The notes beneath the pieces are model-generated. The model was not told the origin of the DNA and ran no database searches. It saw only the letters and a program-made list of their open reading frames with translations. The translations under genes and the position numbers were made by a program. This document shows, one piece after another, positions 1 to 21,346 of a stretch of 64,000 nucleotides of DNA (position 1 is the stretch's first letter; each line of letters opens with the position of its first letter). The stretch is taken from NCBI RefSeq assembly GCF_964204645.1, contig NC_134033.1:3244131-3308130 (forward strand). Reading direction: 5' to 3'. The DNA is from Tubulanus polymorphus. Taxonomy: Eukaryota > Animalia > Nemertea.

Positions 1-35
1 ATGAATGAGGGTAAGACCGGAGCGCTTATCAAGAG

Positions 36-305
36 TGGTAAGAACCTCAGTAACACCTTTCAATGGGTAAGACCCTCAGTAACACCTATCAATGGGTAAG
101 ACCCTCAGTAACACGTATCAAGGGGGTAAGACCCTCAGTAACACGTATCAAGGGGGTAAGACCCTCAGTAACACCTATCAATGGGGTAAGACCCTCAGTA
201 ACACCTTTCCAGGGGTATGACCCTCAGTAACACATATCAAGAGGGATAAGACCCTCAGTAACACATATCAAGAGGGATAAGACCCTCAGTAACACCTATA
301 AAGGG
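36..305. repeat. ~30-bp tandem minisatellite (AGGGGGTAAGACCCTCAGTAACACCTATCA-like)
   Basis: About 9 visible tandem copies. A related core occurs inverted inside a 59-bp unit at ~51130-51480. Confidence 0.9.
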
Positions 306-623
306 GCTAAGGGGACAATAGCATTATCTGAATTCCATAAGTTTTTTTCTGATTCTGAGTATAACAGGATTTTTCTTTTGCTAAAATTGTTCTTGATCAG
401 TATCGGTTGAGGCAGCTGAGATTGAGAGATTTCAAACTGACAACAACTAATTAACACTACTCCACACACATACAGATAACTGTGTCAATAATTTACTTAA
501 TTAACGAGTTAAGGCTTAATTACAAGCCCCACAGAAACGAGAAGTGATGACTGGTTAATAATTCAATTAGTAATTAATTAACTCCCAGTCAGGTGAGTAG
601 GTATCATTCCGGGCAGCACCGGC

Positions 624-658
624 TATATAAACCAGTAGCATACTGACAACAGTCAGTT
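624..658 (+). promoter_or_regulatory. TATA box + initiator core promoter of the nested 116-aa gene
   Basis: TATATAAA at 624-631 and TCAGTT (invertebrate Inr consensus) at 653-658. The Inr A (655) is 31 nt downstream of the TATA start, the canonical spacing. Confidence 0.7.
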
Positions 659-782
659 CAGTTCAGTTGAACAGAGCAGACGCATCGAACGCAGACGCAT
701 CGAACGCATAGAACACACAGCAGCAGACGCATCGAGCACACAGCAGCAGACGCATCGAACGCTTCAAACCAACCTCTACACG

Positions 783-1133
783 ATGGACGAAATACAACAA
801 ATGGAAACAGCGCCCCCTGCCGGTGACCGCATCGACTACTACATGAGCGTCGTGCACCGCATCGCCGAGCTCGAGTCGAAGTTCGTTGGCGTCGTGCGCG
901 CGATCGCCGTGCTCGATCGCAAACTTGACCGCGTCGAGACGCAGTTCAAACGCGCGACGCGAGACGACAACAAGTCGTGCCGATTCACGCGGCGTCTGCA
1001 ACTCGCGAGTATCGAGGGCGTGCGACACGTCCATTACATCTACGCGCAGAAGGTCGCGCTCGAGATGGAGCGCATGAACGTGCTGTGCGCCGAGATACAA
1101 CGCGACTCCGTCAGCTTCAACGCGCGCAACTGA
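783..1133 (+). CDS. Intronless uncharacterised 116-aa alpha-helical/coiled-coil protein, nested antisense in kinase intron 3
   Basis: ATG in good context (acgATGG). C/G-ending, CpG-rich codons like the real exons here and unlike the AT-rich flanks. TATA+Inr upstream and ATTAAA at 1279-1284. No recognisable domain. Confidence 0.65.
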   Translation: MDEIQQMETAPPAGDRIDYYMSVVHRIAELESKFVGVVRAIAVLDRKLDRVETQFKRATRDDNKSCRFTRRLQLASIEGVRHVHYIYAQKVALEMERMNVLCAEIQRDSVSFNARN

Positions 1134-1334
1134 GATACCGGCGGCGACACCTGGTGGCGTTGATAGCGGTGACACCTAGAAGGTGTAATCGGTACTAATA
1201 CGCTCGGTCAAACGGTCCTTCTCAGGACCAATCAAACGTCCCAGAAATAGATCATTCATAAAACCGGTCAAAACCCGTATTAAACCCAATATCAATTTTG
1301 ATATTTCTAAAACACTTTTTGAGTTAAAGTTCTC

Positions 1335-2087
1335 AAACCGTTGACTAAGTATTTGACACAAACTCGGGGTAGAATTTTAGCGGTCTCAACTTAACCGCAG
1401 TAAGAGACAGAGTCTACTGTATTTCACAAACTCTTACTCAGTATTTGACACCAATTCGGGGTAGAATTTTACCGGTCTCAACTTAACCGCAGTAAGAGAC
1501 AGAGTCTACTGTATTTCACAAACTCTTATTCAGTATTTGACACCAACTCGGGGTAGAATTTTACCGGTCTCAACTTTACCGCAGTAAGAGACAAGAGTCT
1601 ACTGTATTTCACAAACTCTTACTCACTATTTGACACAAACTCGGGGTAGAATTTTACCGGTCTCAACTTTACCACAGTAAGAGACAGAGTCTACTGTATT
1701 TCACAAACTCTTACTCAGTATTTGACACCAACTCGGGGTAGAATTTTACCGGTCTCAACTTTACCGCAGTAAGAGACAGAGTCTACTGTATTTCACAAAC
1801 TCTTACTCAGTATTTGACACCAACTCGGGGTAGAATTTACTGCAGTAAGAGACAGAGTCTACTGTATTTCACAAACTCTTACTCAGTATTTGACACCAAC
1901 TCGGGGTAGAATTTACCGCAGTAAGAGACAGAGTCTACTGTATTTCACAAACTCTTACTCAGTATTTGACACCAACTCGGGGTAGAATTTTACCGGTCTC
2001 AACTTTACCGCAGTAAGAGACAGAGTCTACTGTATTTCACAAACTCTTACTCAGTATTTGACACCAACTAGGGGTAGAATTTTACCA
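1335..2087. repeat. 92-bp tandem repeat array
   Basis: Unit ...CTCGGGGTAGAATTTTACCGGTCTCAACTTTACCGCAGTAAGAGACAGAGTCTACTGTATTTCAC..., about 8 copies, some with internal deletions. Confidence 0.9.
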
Positions 2088-2899
2088 ATCATTACGTAAA
2101 CTAGGTCGATTCGACTCTCAACTGCGGTTAGAATGAACCAGATATATCCCTGTAGTAATCGTAGGTACGTAACCATATATGGCATTTGAACAATAATAAT
2201 GTTAATCATCATCATTTCAACTCGGATAGGGGTAGAGAGCGGAAGTTGTCAGCCCACATCAGGATCAACAATACACAGCGCGAAGCCCTCATACATATAT
2301 CAGGTCGTCGTCATACTCATTTCAGTATGACCTGTTTTTTGTTTTTTTTCATTATCAGTCTCGACAATACTTCGCCAACGGGAAGGAAAACAAAAGCAAC
2401 CAGTCGGCGATTGAAATGTCAATTGTACGTTCATTCAATGAGATATTTTGACGTAGTTTTTTTTTTTATCCGAATGAACGGGAAAACGCCCAGCGCCGAC
2501 AATTTAGAGAACCACTCGAACCGCAGTCAAAAGGGGACTAGAAACATTCGCCGCCGATTATAGCGAGGGCTTATACAGTGTACAGGTAGTGGAGGGAATG
2601 ACATCGACGAGGGGTATGAATAAGGAGTGGAGTGAGGGGATCATACAGAGAATGAGGGGTCTTGAGCGGAGGCAGGGATAACAAGGGGTAGTGCTAGCTT
2701 TTCCCGCTAGGTGGCGCGACTCTCAATAAAACAGGGCCGGATCAAAGTTAAAAAAGTTTGCCTTGCACGTATAAAAAATTCGGCAAATTATAAACACAGA
2801 TTGATCTTATTACGACGATTTCTATTCAACATTCGTAGAATTTTAGTAAATTATCGATAGATCTTAATTGAATCTGAGAAGAAATCCAGCATCTAATCA

Positions 2900-3165
2900 C
2901 GCTAACGACACCTAGTGGATCCACACTTGCTATAAGTGGAGTCCTCTATTGCCGCAGTAGTTGAAGTTCTACTGTACACCTGGTGGATCCTCACTTGCCA
3001 CAAGTGGAGTCCTTTTTTGCCGCAGTAGTTGATGTCCTACTGCACACTAGTGACACCTGGTGGATCCTCACTTGCCGCAAGTGGAATCCTCTATTGCCGC
3101 AGTAATTAATGTCCTACTGCACACTAGCGACACCGGCTAAACCCTCACTTGCCACAAGTGGAATT
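2900..3165. repeat. ~77-bp tandem repeat (CACCTGGTGGATCCTCACTTGCCACAAGTGG family)
   Basis: 3-4 copies. The same family occurs at 14741-14941 and inverted at 63650-64000. Confidence 0.85.
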
Positions 3166-3356
3166 TTAGCTATTTCCTAAAAACCAGGTTCGATGAAAAC
3201 CTATCATAAACCTAACAACCTTCACATTCCTGGAAAATGTAAAATTCCCCGACACCGCGCGACCTCGATAACCTTGACCAGAGAGCAGACCGTAATGGCT
3301 TCACCCTCGGCTGACCGCCGGATATATACATACAACAATTCTTATCTGTTACTTAC

Positions 3357-4877
3357 CTTTGATATCTCTGTGTAGCTTGCGTTCCGAGTGTAAATATTCC
3401 AAACCCTTGAGAATCTCTCGTAGAATAATCGCGATGTACATCTCTTCGAACGCGCCCGGTTTCATCAGGTCCAACGCCGAACCACCCCCTAAATATTCCA
3501 TTATAATCCATAATTTCGTACCCTGAAAAAAAAAAAAAAACAAACGAAATTCACGATGAGTTAACATTTTTTGATTATTCAGGCTCTTTTATATCGTCTA
3601 GCATCAGTTTTCAAATAACTTCTTGATACTTTTGATATGTTATCGAAAAGCCAGTAAGTCGCTACCCTAGACTGTTTGTTTTTCAAATATTTCCGGGGTA
3701 CGTCCCACCCCCAAAACTCTCGCCGAAAAAAATTATTCATGCCTCGGTGGAGTTGGAAGTGCCATGACTGCAGCGGCGAAACCCGAGGCAATAATTTACT
3801 GAATGACGTTTTTTTTCTTTGAATACCACATTTTTGAAGAAATTAAGTAAATTCGCCGCGGCAATATTTAGAACCTGTCCAAAATCGTTTGGCCGCGGCA
3901 ATCAAAAATTGCCTTCAGGGTTTGCGGGGCAGTAATCAGTGCATCTGAGTTCATAACTGTGGAACTGGGTTCACTGTGGAACTGAGTTCAGTAACTGTGG
4001 AACTGAGTTCAGTAACTGTGGAACTGAGTTCAGTAACTATGGAACTGAGTTCAGTAACTATGGAACTGAGTTCAGTAACTGTGGAACTGAGTTCAGTAAC
4101 TGTGGAACTGAGTACAGTTACTGTGGAACTGAGTTCAGTAACTGTGGAACTGAGTTCAGTAACTATGGAACTAGGGGTTCACTGTGGAACTGAGTCCAGT
4201 AACTGTGGAACTGAGTACAGTTACTGTGGAACTGGGTTCACTGTGGGACTGAGTTCAGTAACTGTGGAACTGAGTACAGTAACTGTGGAACTGAGTCCAG
4301 AAACTGTGGAACTAAGTTCAGTAACTGTGGAACTGAGTACAGTTACTGTGGAACTGAGTTCAGTAACTGTGGAACTGAGTTCAGTAACTATGGAACTAGG
4401 GGTTCACTGTTGAACTGAGTCCAGTAACTGTGGAACTGAGTCCAGTAACTGTGGAACTGAGTTCAGTAACTGTGGAACTGAGTCCAGTAACTGTGGAACT
4501 GAGTCCAGTAACTGTGGAACTGGGTCCAGTAACTGTGGAACTGAGTTCAGTAACTGTGGAACTTAGTCCAAATACTGTGGAAATGAGTTTGGTAACTGTG
4601 GAAGTATGTTTAGAACTGTGGAACTGGATTCACTGTGGAACTGAGTTCAGTAACTGTGGAACTGAGTTCTAAAAACTGTTGGATCAATATTAAGCTATAT
4701 ACGTGGTAGCGATATATATATATATATATGTGTGGTATTTTTTGTCAAGGCGTCAATAAACTTTAAAGTGAGATTTCTTGTTTCGATTGAGTTTAGACGA
4801 CGAAGGGCTTCTATCATCGGCTTGAATTGAACGCTCTAATGCACAGTATAGACCTGTAGTATATACACGCACGTATA

Positions 4878-4965
<88 letters not shown>

Positions 4966-7900
4966 TCGGCGGGTGACATTTCTTTCAAAAAAAAAAAATC
5001 ACCCATTTAATAAATAGCACCACCCAAAAAAACCGGCTATCATTCGAAGAATGTCTCAGTCACAGCGCGGTGAATGCGCGTACTATAGTTACCTTCATAC
5101 ACCCACCCTATAAACTAGGTCACACATATATACATACATATTCACCCATTCCTGATATTGAACACTGGTGAAAAAAATAACTTATTACTATCACTGAACG
5201 TCTCATTATCTGCTGCCCGATAATTACAGGCGACCTGGTCATAAATTGTTTAAAAAAGAACCACCATCGTCTGCTCGTTAGTTTCGTAACTCGCGGTAAT
5301 TCGATTCGTAAAAATACATAAACGTTGTCATCGTTTTTTTTTCCTACTCTATTACTACAGTACACACAGGCCTAATAACTGGCGTCTGTATCGAACGAAA
5401 TTGGCGAACGTCTACAAAAATTGACAGCTAGTCCTCAATGAACCGTAGTAGATATCTGAATAGATAATCCATCACGAGGCGTATATATGCATGAAATTGA
5501 AATGTTAGAATCGCCTAATTTCCGCGAGAAAGTGCCCGGATTCCCGGAAATCCAAGCGGGGAATTTGTAATCCTAAATTCCGTGATCTGCAGGAATCCTA
5601 GAGGACCGCCCAGTCCAAAAGCTCTGAACTATCATAACCCCCTCCCCGCAGGCTCAAGTTATACAATTTTAGAGTATTGCTAGTACCCCGACGCGCCAAA
5701 CGTCAGGGCTTAGACTTAACCCGAGTTAAAAAATTCAATTAAGTTTCGTGCCCATCTAAAACAACTTATGACCAGCCTAAGCTAGCCTAGTTCTATCTAT
5801 AACCAATCTAACACTTAAGATCAGGTTCCATAGCACATCAAACACCTTAAGACCAATCTACACTCATTTTGGTTCTATAACCAATCTAAAAACTTAAGAT
5901 CAGCCTAGGCTAATTCTGGTTCTATAGCCAATCTTACAACTTCTTTAGACCAGTCTAAGTTCTATAACCAATCTAACATTTTAAGACCAGTCTAAGCTCA
6001 TTTTAGGTCTATAACCAATCTAACAACTTAAGACCAGTCTAAGATCATTTTAGTTCTATAACCAATCTAACAACTTAAGACCAGTCTTAACTCATTTTGG
6101 TTCTATAGCCAATCTAACACTTAAGATCAGGTTCTATAATAGCACATCAAACAACTTAAGACCAGTCTTCACTCATTTTGGTTCTATAGCCAATCTAACA
6201 ACTTAAGACCAGTCCTAAGATTTAAAACCACTTTCGGAACTTTGTCTCGTCTAAGGAAACAGTTCAGGGATAAGTTGCTCGAAATGTAGTTAGATCTAAG
6301 CTCGTGGAGAAATACCATAGTGACGCTTGATCAACCACAGTATCAGTCGACCAGTTCACAATAAACTACTGACCACGCGGAGAGTTAGTCTGCATTTTTT
6401 AACGGTCCTACGACTTCGAGACCCTACGACCGAATAGTACATGGACACACGTGACGTCGAATGATTAGTAATATTAAGAACAAGGTCGATAACTGTGAAC
6501 TATAGAAATGTGTGATTAAGAACACTTAAAACCGTACGCGGAGACTAACAGTTATTCCTACATACACTACATGACCTTACAACAGCAACAATAAATAGCA
6601 TACGCCCACCCAGGTCGCAGCCTATACAGTACAGGAAACATATGTTCAGGCTTCAATGTGTCTAACCACAATGATAAGTGCCTTATTTGGAGTATCTAAA
6701 GCTTAGCTCTAAGGGACTTACCCCATCCATCGCGCGTGAAATATCAAAAATTCGAACGCATGCAGCCCTCTTCCGAAGACTTCTCAAATCATAACTGACC
6801 GCTATTTATACTTTTGTCTATAAGCCAGGGGTGCCCTAGGCCTACAGGACGCCACTAAAAACTTGTGTGATCTGGACGCGAGATTTGGATGGTCGAAAAA
6901 AGACTCTTTTTTTCGACCATCCAAATCTCGAGCCATTACCGAGGGAGGTCTAACCTAGATATGGATGCTCTAACCGTGATAGTTCCGCTGGCCCTAATTA
7001 ATAGTTCTGACAGTTTCGCTAACCCTGATAGTTCTGCTTACCCTGATAGCTACGATAGTTTTACTAACGCCGATAGTTCCAATAGTTCCACTATCCCCGA
7101 TAGTTGCACTGGCCCCAATAGTTCCCACAGTTCCGCTAACCCTGATAGTTCTGATAATTCTGCTAACCCTGATAGTTCCAATAGGTCCACTAACCCTGAT
7201 AGTTCTGATAATTCTGCTAACCCTAATAGTTCTGCTAACCCTGATAGTTCTGATAATTCTGCTAACCCTGATAGTTCTGATAATTCTGCTAACCCTTATA
7301 GTTCTGCTAACCCCGATAGTTCCAATAGGTCCACTAACCCTGATAGTTCTGGTAATCCTGCTAATCCTGCTGTTCCACTAAAACGCTTACCTTCAAATAA
7401 GATCCGAAGTACTTAGTAACGTACGGACTGTCGCACTGCGACAGAACCATGATCTCCTGTTGTATATCCTCGATTTCATCTTCGGCCTCCTCTAAATCGA
7501 TGATCTTGATCGCGACGACTTGCTGCGTGCGTTTATCGATGCCCTTGTAGACCTCGCCGAACGAACCCTTTCCAATCCGTTCGAGTTTGTTAAATATAGT
7601 CTCCGGATCAACCTGATTCTGAAATGACGAACGAGCAATGATCATTTAACCCTTTCAGTGCTGACTAATTAATACCCTATAGTGCTGGAGATAATTTGAA
7701 AATTTTAAGAAATTCCACCTTAGTGTGTTGAATAACGGGAATACCGGTATAGTGCGTCTACACCGTGGTGCGGTGTATCGTTAGTTACTAATATTTCACT
7801 ATGTTTGACAGGTGCTGCCAATTTTAAAGAGAGATAATTACTAATTACTAATTACATCAATACACTGCAGTGCAGTGTACTAGCAAAATCTATCACTGAT

Positions 7901-8909
7901 ATATACACTGCATTGCGGTGTAGACGCACTGAAAGGGTTAAAGCTGGTTTTATCGGTTCTATCAACCTAGACTGTGGGGGGGGGGGGGGTAACGTCGCGT
8001 AAGCGTAGAGGTATTGTGCAAGTGACATCATAGCTAAAAGGGTTAATACTTGACGATGTCATAAGAGGATTATCTGGAAAGGTTGTATTTGCTGATGTCA
8101 TGGGCGATTCGTTTAGGGGGGGGGCAATAATTTGTAGAATGGGACCATCTAATGATGTCATAGGGGGATCGACAGAGAGACCAATCATTGAGTTACGTTG
8201 GGTAAGCATAGCGGTGTTGCAAGTGACACCGAAGCTAGAAAGGTTATATTTGCTGATGTCATAGGGTGAGTTATGGAAAATGTTCCAGGAAAGGGTATTT
8301 TTGACAATGTAGGGGGGCCAACAACTTGTAAACTGGGACCATGTAATACGGGGGGGGGGGGGGTATGAATGAGAGACCAAGCATTTGATGATGTCATAGG
8401 GGAATTTACTGAGGGACTAATCAATTCTGGAAGGGCTACATTTGATGATGTCATAGGGGAATTTACAGAGGAACTAATCGATTCTGGAAGGCCTTCATTT
8501 GATGATGTCATAGGGGGATTTACAGAGGAACTAATCGATTCTGGAAGGGCTTCATTTGATGATGTCATAGGGGAATTTACAGAGGAACTAATCGATTCTG
8601 GAAGGGCTACATTTGATGATGTCATAGGGGGGGATTCATGGAGGCAGAGATCTAGGTCTATCTATGCAAGGCTACGGCCAATGTCTGAATGAAGCTGGTT
8701 TCTAACACCCATTTATAGAAACCGACAAACTGTGCAAATTGTGACCGCTTAAACTGGACTAGGGTCACGAAAAAGATGACAAGTTGTTTTAGGGTCAACG
8801 TTGTTACGCTCAAAGGAAACATTTCAGACACAATTTATTCTTAGGGGATACGACAAGGACTGTTTAACATCGAAATGGTTATCGAACTTACTTTTTGGTT
8901 AAACGCCAT
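3357..8909 (-). CDS. STK24/25/26: Ste20-family GCKIII serine/threonine kinase (MST3/YSK1/MST4 orthologue), first three coding exons; gene continues beyond window start
   Basis: Exons 8909-8892 (MAFNQK|gtaagt), 7618-7391 ([26 protein letters not shown]...[22 protein letters not shown]...YFGSYLK) and 3522-3357 ([19 protein letters not shown]...HRDIK, phase 1). All GT-AG and in phase. The motifs are those of the GCKIII subfamily. Confidence 0.95.
3945..4680. repeat. 21-bp minisatellite (ACTGTGGAACTGAGTTCAGTA)
   Basis: About 30 copies, giving the spurious VELSSVT ORFs. An inverted array lies at ~34740-35300. Confidence 0.9.
5760..6215. repeat. 47-bp tandem repeat (AAGACCAGTCTAAGCTCATTTTGGTTCTATAACCAATCTAACAACTT)
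   Basis: About 9 copies. A second array lies at ~55775-56225. Confidence 0.85.
6990..7375. repeat. 9-bp-periodic (18/27-bp) minisatellite abutting the kinase exon-2 donor
   Basis: GCTAACCCTGATAGTTCT-type repeats, the source of the NPDSS ORF. Confidence 0.8.
7650..7937. mobile_element. piggyBac-type MITE (~290 bp)
   Basis: TTAA|CCCTTTCAGTGC ... GCACTGAAAGGG|TTAA: terminal inverted repeats with TTAA TSD and no ORF. Confidence 0.9.
8050..8650. repeat. ~57-bp degenerate tandem repeat with TGATGTCATAGGGGG core
   Basis: Same core at ~13790, 17700-18070, 18650-18890 and 58830-59400. Confidence 0.8.
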
Positions 8910-9479
8910 ATTTTGTTTGTCTTTCATCGGAACATAATAATCTTAATATCAGCTAATCGCAAACAACCACCACCAGACGGGGAAGAAGGGTATCTTATAA
9001 CTCCGGCAGCGTGGCAACAACAGGGATTAATCCGAATCCTACTGCGAATGATTCTCAATGAATCCAAACTCGCGATGAAATTGAAATGGTAATATACCGG
9101 TACGTCACTTTTTCAAATCAGGAAATAAAACGAATTTACGAGTTCCCAGGAAAAAGTGACTCACACTCTGTCAACTCAATAATTTGTCAATTGTCAACTG
9201 GAGAATAATCCACCTAATTCTCTAAACTCTATTTCTGGCTTTTAAGGCTTTTAAAACCGACTGATGGTAAATCCCTTCGAGAAATTACGTTTTCCACGGT
9301 CAGTAAAAACCAAGTGTCAAAGTTATGAAAGTGACACGACGTTGCTCTCTCACTCCTCAGCAGAAAATAATGTCCCCTTCAACTTTAGAAAAAACGGCCG
9401 TATTTCCACGTTGTCTTCCCCCTATTCGCCGTAATTCCAGCTTCGAATTAAAGACGCACAACTCATCGAACTAATAAAT

Positions 9480-9660
9480 TGACTGACACTATTTTCCGGG
9501 CGCTCGTGCGGCTGATATTCCGTATTTTTCGACCGAATTCTCGCTTAGATTTCATCGAATTCTCTCCGCGATTTCGGCCGCCATTTTGTTATAGTTCGGG
9601 TGTGGTTCGATCGGGTCGCCTGCGCGCGGAAATAGGCTTACAAACGATCAAGAATTTCTG
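9480..9660 (-). promoter_or_regulatory. Probable promoter/5' end of the kinase gene
   Basis: CpG-rich patch with a YY1-like CCGCCATTTT (~9578-9588), about 0.7 kb upstream of the ATG. Confidence 0.45.
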
Positions 9661-10989
9661 ATCGGAATTAAATCTTTTCGGTAAATTTCTATCATTATTC
9701 TATATTCACGGTCATGTTTCAAGTCTCTTGTAAGAAAACGATTAGTCAGGGCTATTTTCGGGGTTTTGTTTACGATGGAAACCTTAGTAAACAAACCGAG
9801 CGCATTACTACACGAGTATCGGATGCACGGGCACCAGGTAGCAGCATCGCCCGATAGCTTATTTCAGTTTTTCTTGAAGGCGGCCCGCCGCCTGGTTCTA
9901 CTGCTAATTTGAACAACTTGCGCCAACCAATACGGTTAAACGTCTCAAGTCGGAAAGATTTTGCTAAATGTATTTGAAAAATGAATTTCATCTCCCTCAT
10001 TCTGAACTAGGTATTCGGTCAACTTGGTGAAATATTTAAGTCCCAGCCTAGCTTGGCGCAAAATGCAACTAACGTTTTCCATATCCTTGTCTCCTCTTGG
10101 CCTTTTGCATACACCATAACATAATCAAACAGATACCATTCAACCATTGAAAACTCATCCCCAGCAATTTCTAAAGAAATTAAGATTAAGGCGAATTAAG
10201 CAAAAGTGTTTTTTATTTTCTTGCTTTCCACAATAAATACATAATAATACATTTACGAATATTTCAATAAAACATTATATAGTTGTTCGTCTACGATAAA
10301 CGCATGTATACAAAGAATTTTCTATAAAAAAAAAAACAATGATTGTGATAAACCCTGTCCAACCCCTAGCCCCGAACTAGCACCACCCCTAGCCCCAACC
10401 CAGCCCCAGAAACATTACCAGTAAAACTACGATATTAATCACTGAATTACAATTCAATAATGGACGGTCAAGTGAAATTAATTTTTTACCAAGTGCAAAA
10501 AAAAACGTTTTACATGATGTACTTTTTTTTAGAAAAAAAAATATGTATGGTCAGACACAAAACTTTGTGGGAAATTTATAAATTCAATCGACTTTAAGAG
10601 GAAATATAGGCTACTTCTCGCTAGGCTAATCGATTCAACCTTACAGATCGGCAGAAATTATCTGTGCATATTTTACGATAACTGAATAAGTTGGGTGCGA
10701 AAAGCAAGTGATTCTAAGTGGCCCTGAACAATTGAATTCCTAACTGACGCAAGGGGTTTCAAGTGCTCCCTGGTGAAAAATATCAACTGAGAGTTAAATA
10801 TCTACAACAACACATGACACAAGAGATTTTGTCACTTCATGATTGCTTGTTGAACCACACTATTACAGGGTGTGTGCCTAATAAATGTCTTAGAAATAAA
10901 GTTTGGCAACCTCGTTTACGCAGGAACCAGACCGGGCCAGTTCCTCAGTTGCGCGGTTGAATTTCAGTATGATTTTAAATCTCATGAAA

Positions 10990-11340
10990 TGGGTCAAATC
11001 CACACGCACCGGTGGAACTGGGTTCAGATTCAAATTAAAGTCACACTAATGTGGAAATGGATTCAGAGTCTAATTAAACCCACACAACTGTGCAACTGGG
11101 TTCAGAATCAAATTGAAGTTACATAACTGTGGAACTGGATCTAGATTCAAATTAAACCAAGGGAACTGGATTCAGATTCAAATTAAACCCACGCAACTGT
11201 GGAAGTGGGTTCAGAGTCAAATTAAACCCACACAGCTGTGAAACTGGGTCAAGATTCGAAAAAATCAAACTTATTCAACTGTGGAACTTTGTCTGAAATG
11301 AAATTCAACTGCCACAACTGTGGACCTGGATCCAGTTTCT
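10990..11340. repeat. 39-bp tandem repeat (AACTGTGGAACTGGGTTCAGAGTCAAATTAAACCCACAC) in the ANKRD42 3' UTR region
   Basis: Same unit in arrays at 44185-44490, 45500-45905, 46810-47465 and 59800-60160. Confidence 0.85.
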
Positions 11341-11377
11341 CTGGTTGTTTCAGTCGGTTCCCGATCCCGCGTTCAAA

Positions 11378-21346
<9,969 letters not shown>

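Noticed and set aside
380-420. Possible kinase exon 4 acceptor (ctcag|CTGCC)
   Set aside because: The frame gives no kinase sequence and stops quickly; exon 4 lies outside the window.
663-1175. 170-aa minus-strand ORF
   Set aside because: Antisense shadow of the GC-rich 783-1133 ORF, with a GTG start and no promoter. It is not kinase exon 4 (no AANVLL motif).
3976-4672. Repetitive ORFs (VELSSVT, and likewise NPDSS, FDDVIG, VDPDIRSPFT, SL/ER runs, LNPVPQLCGF elsewhere)
   Set aside because: They are translations of minisatellites or microsatellites that lack stop codons.
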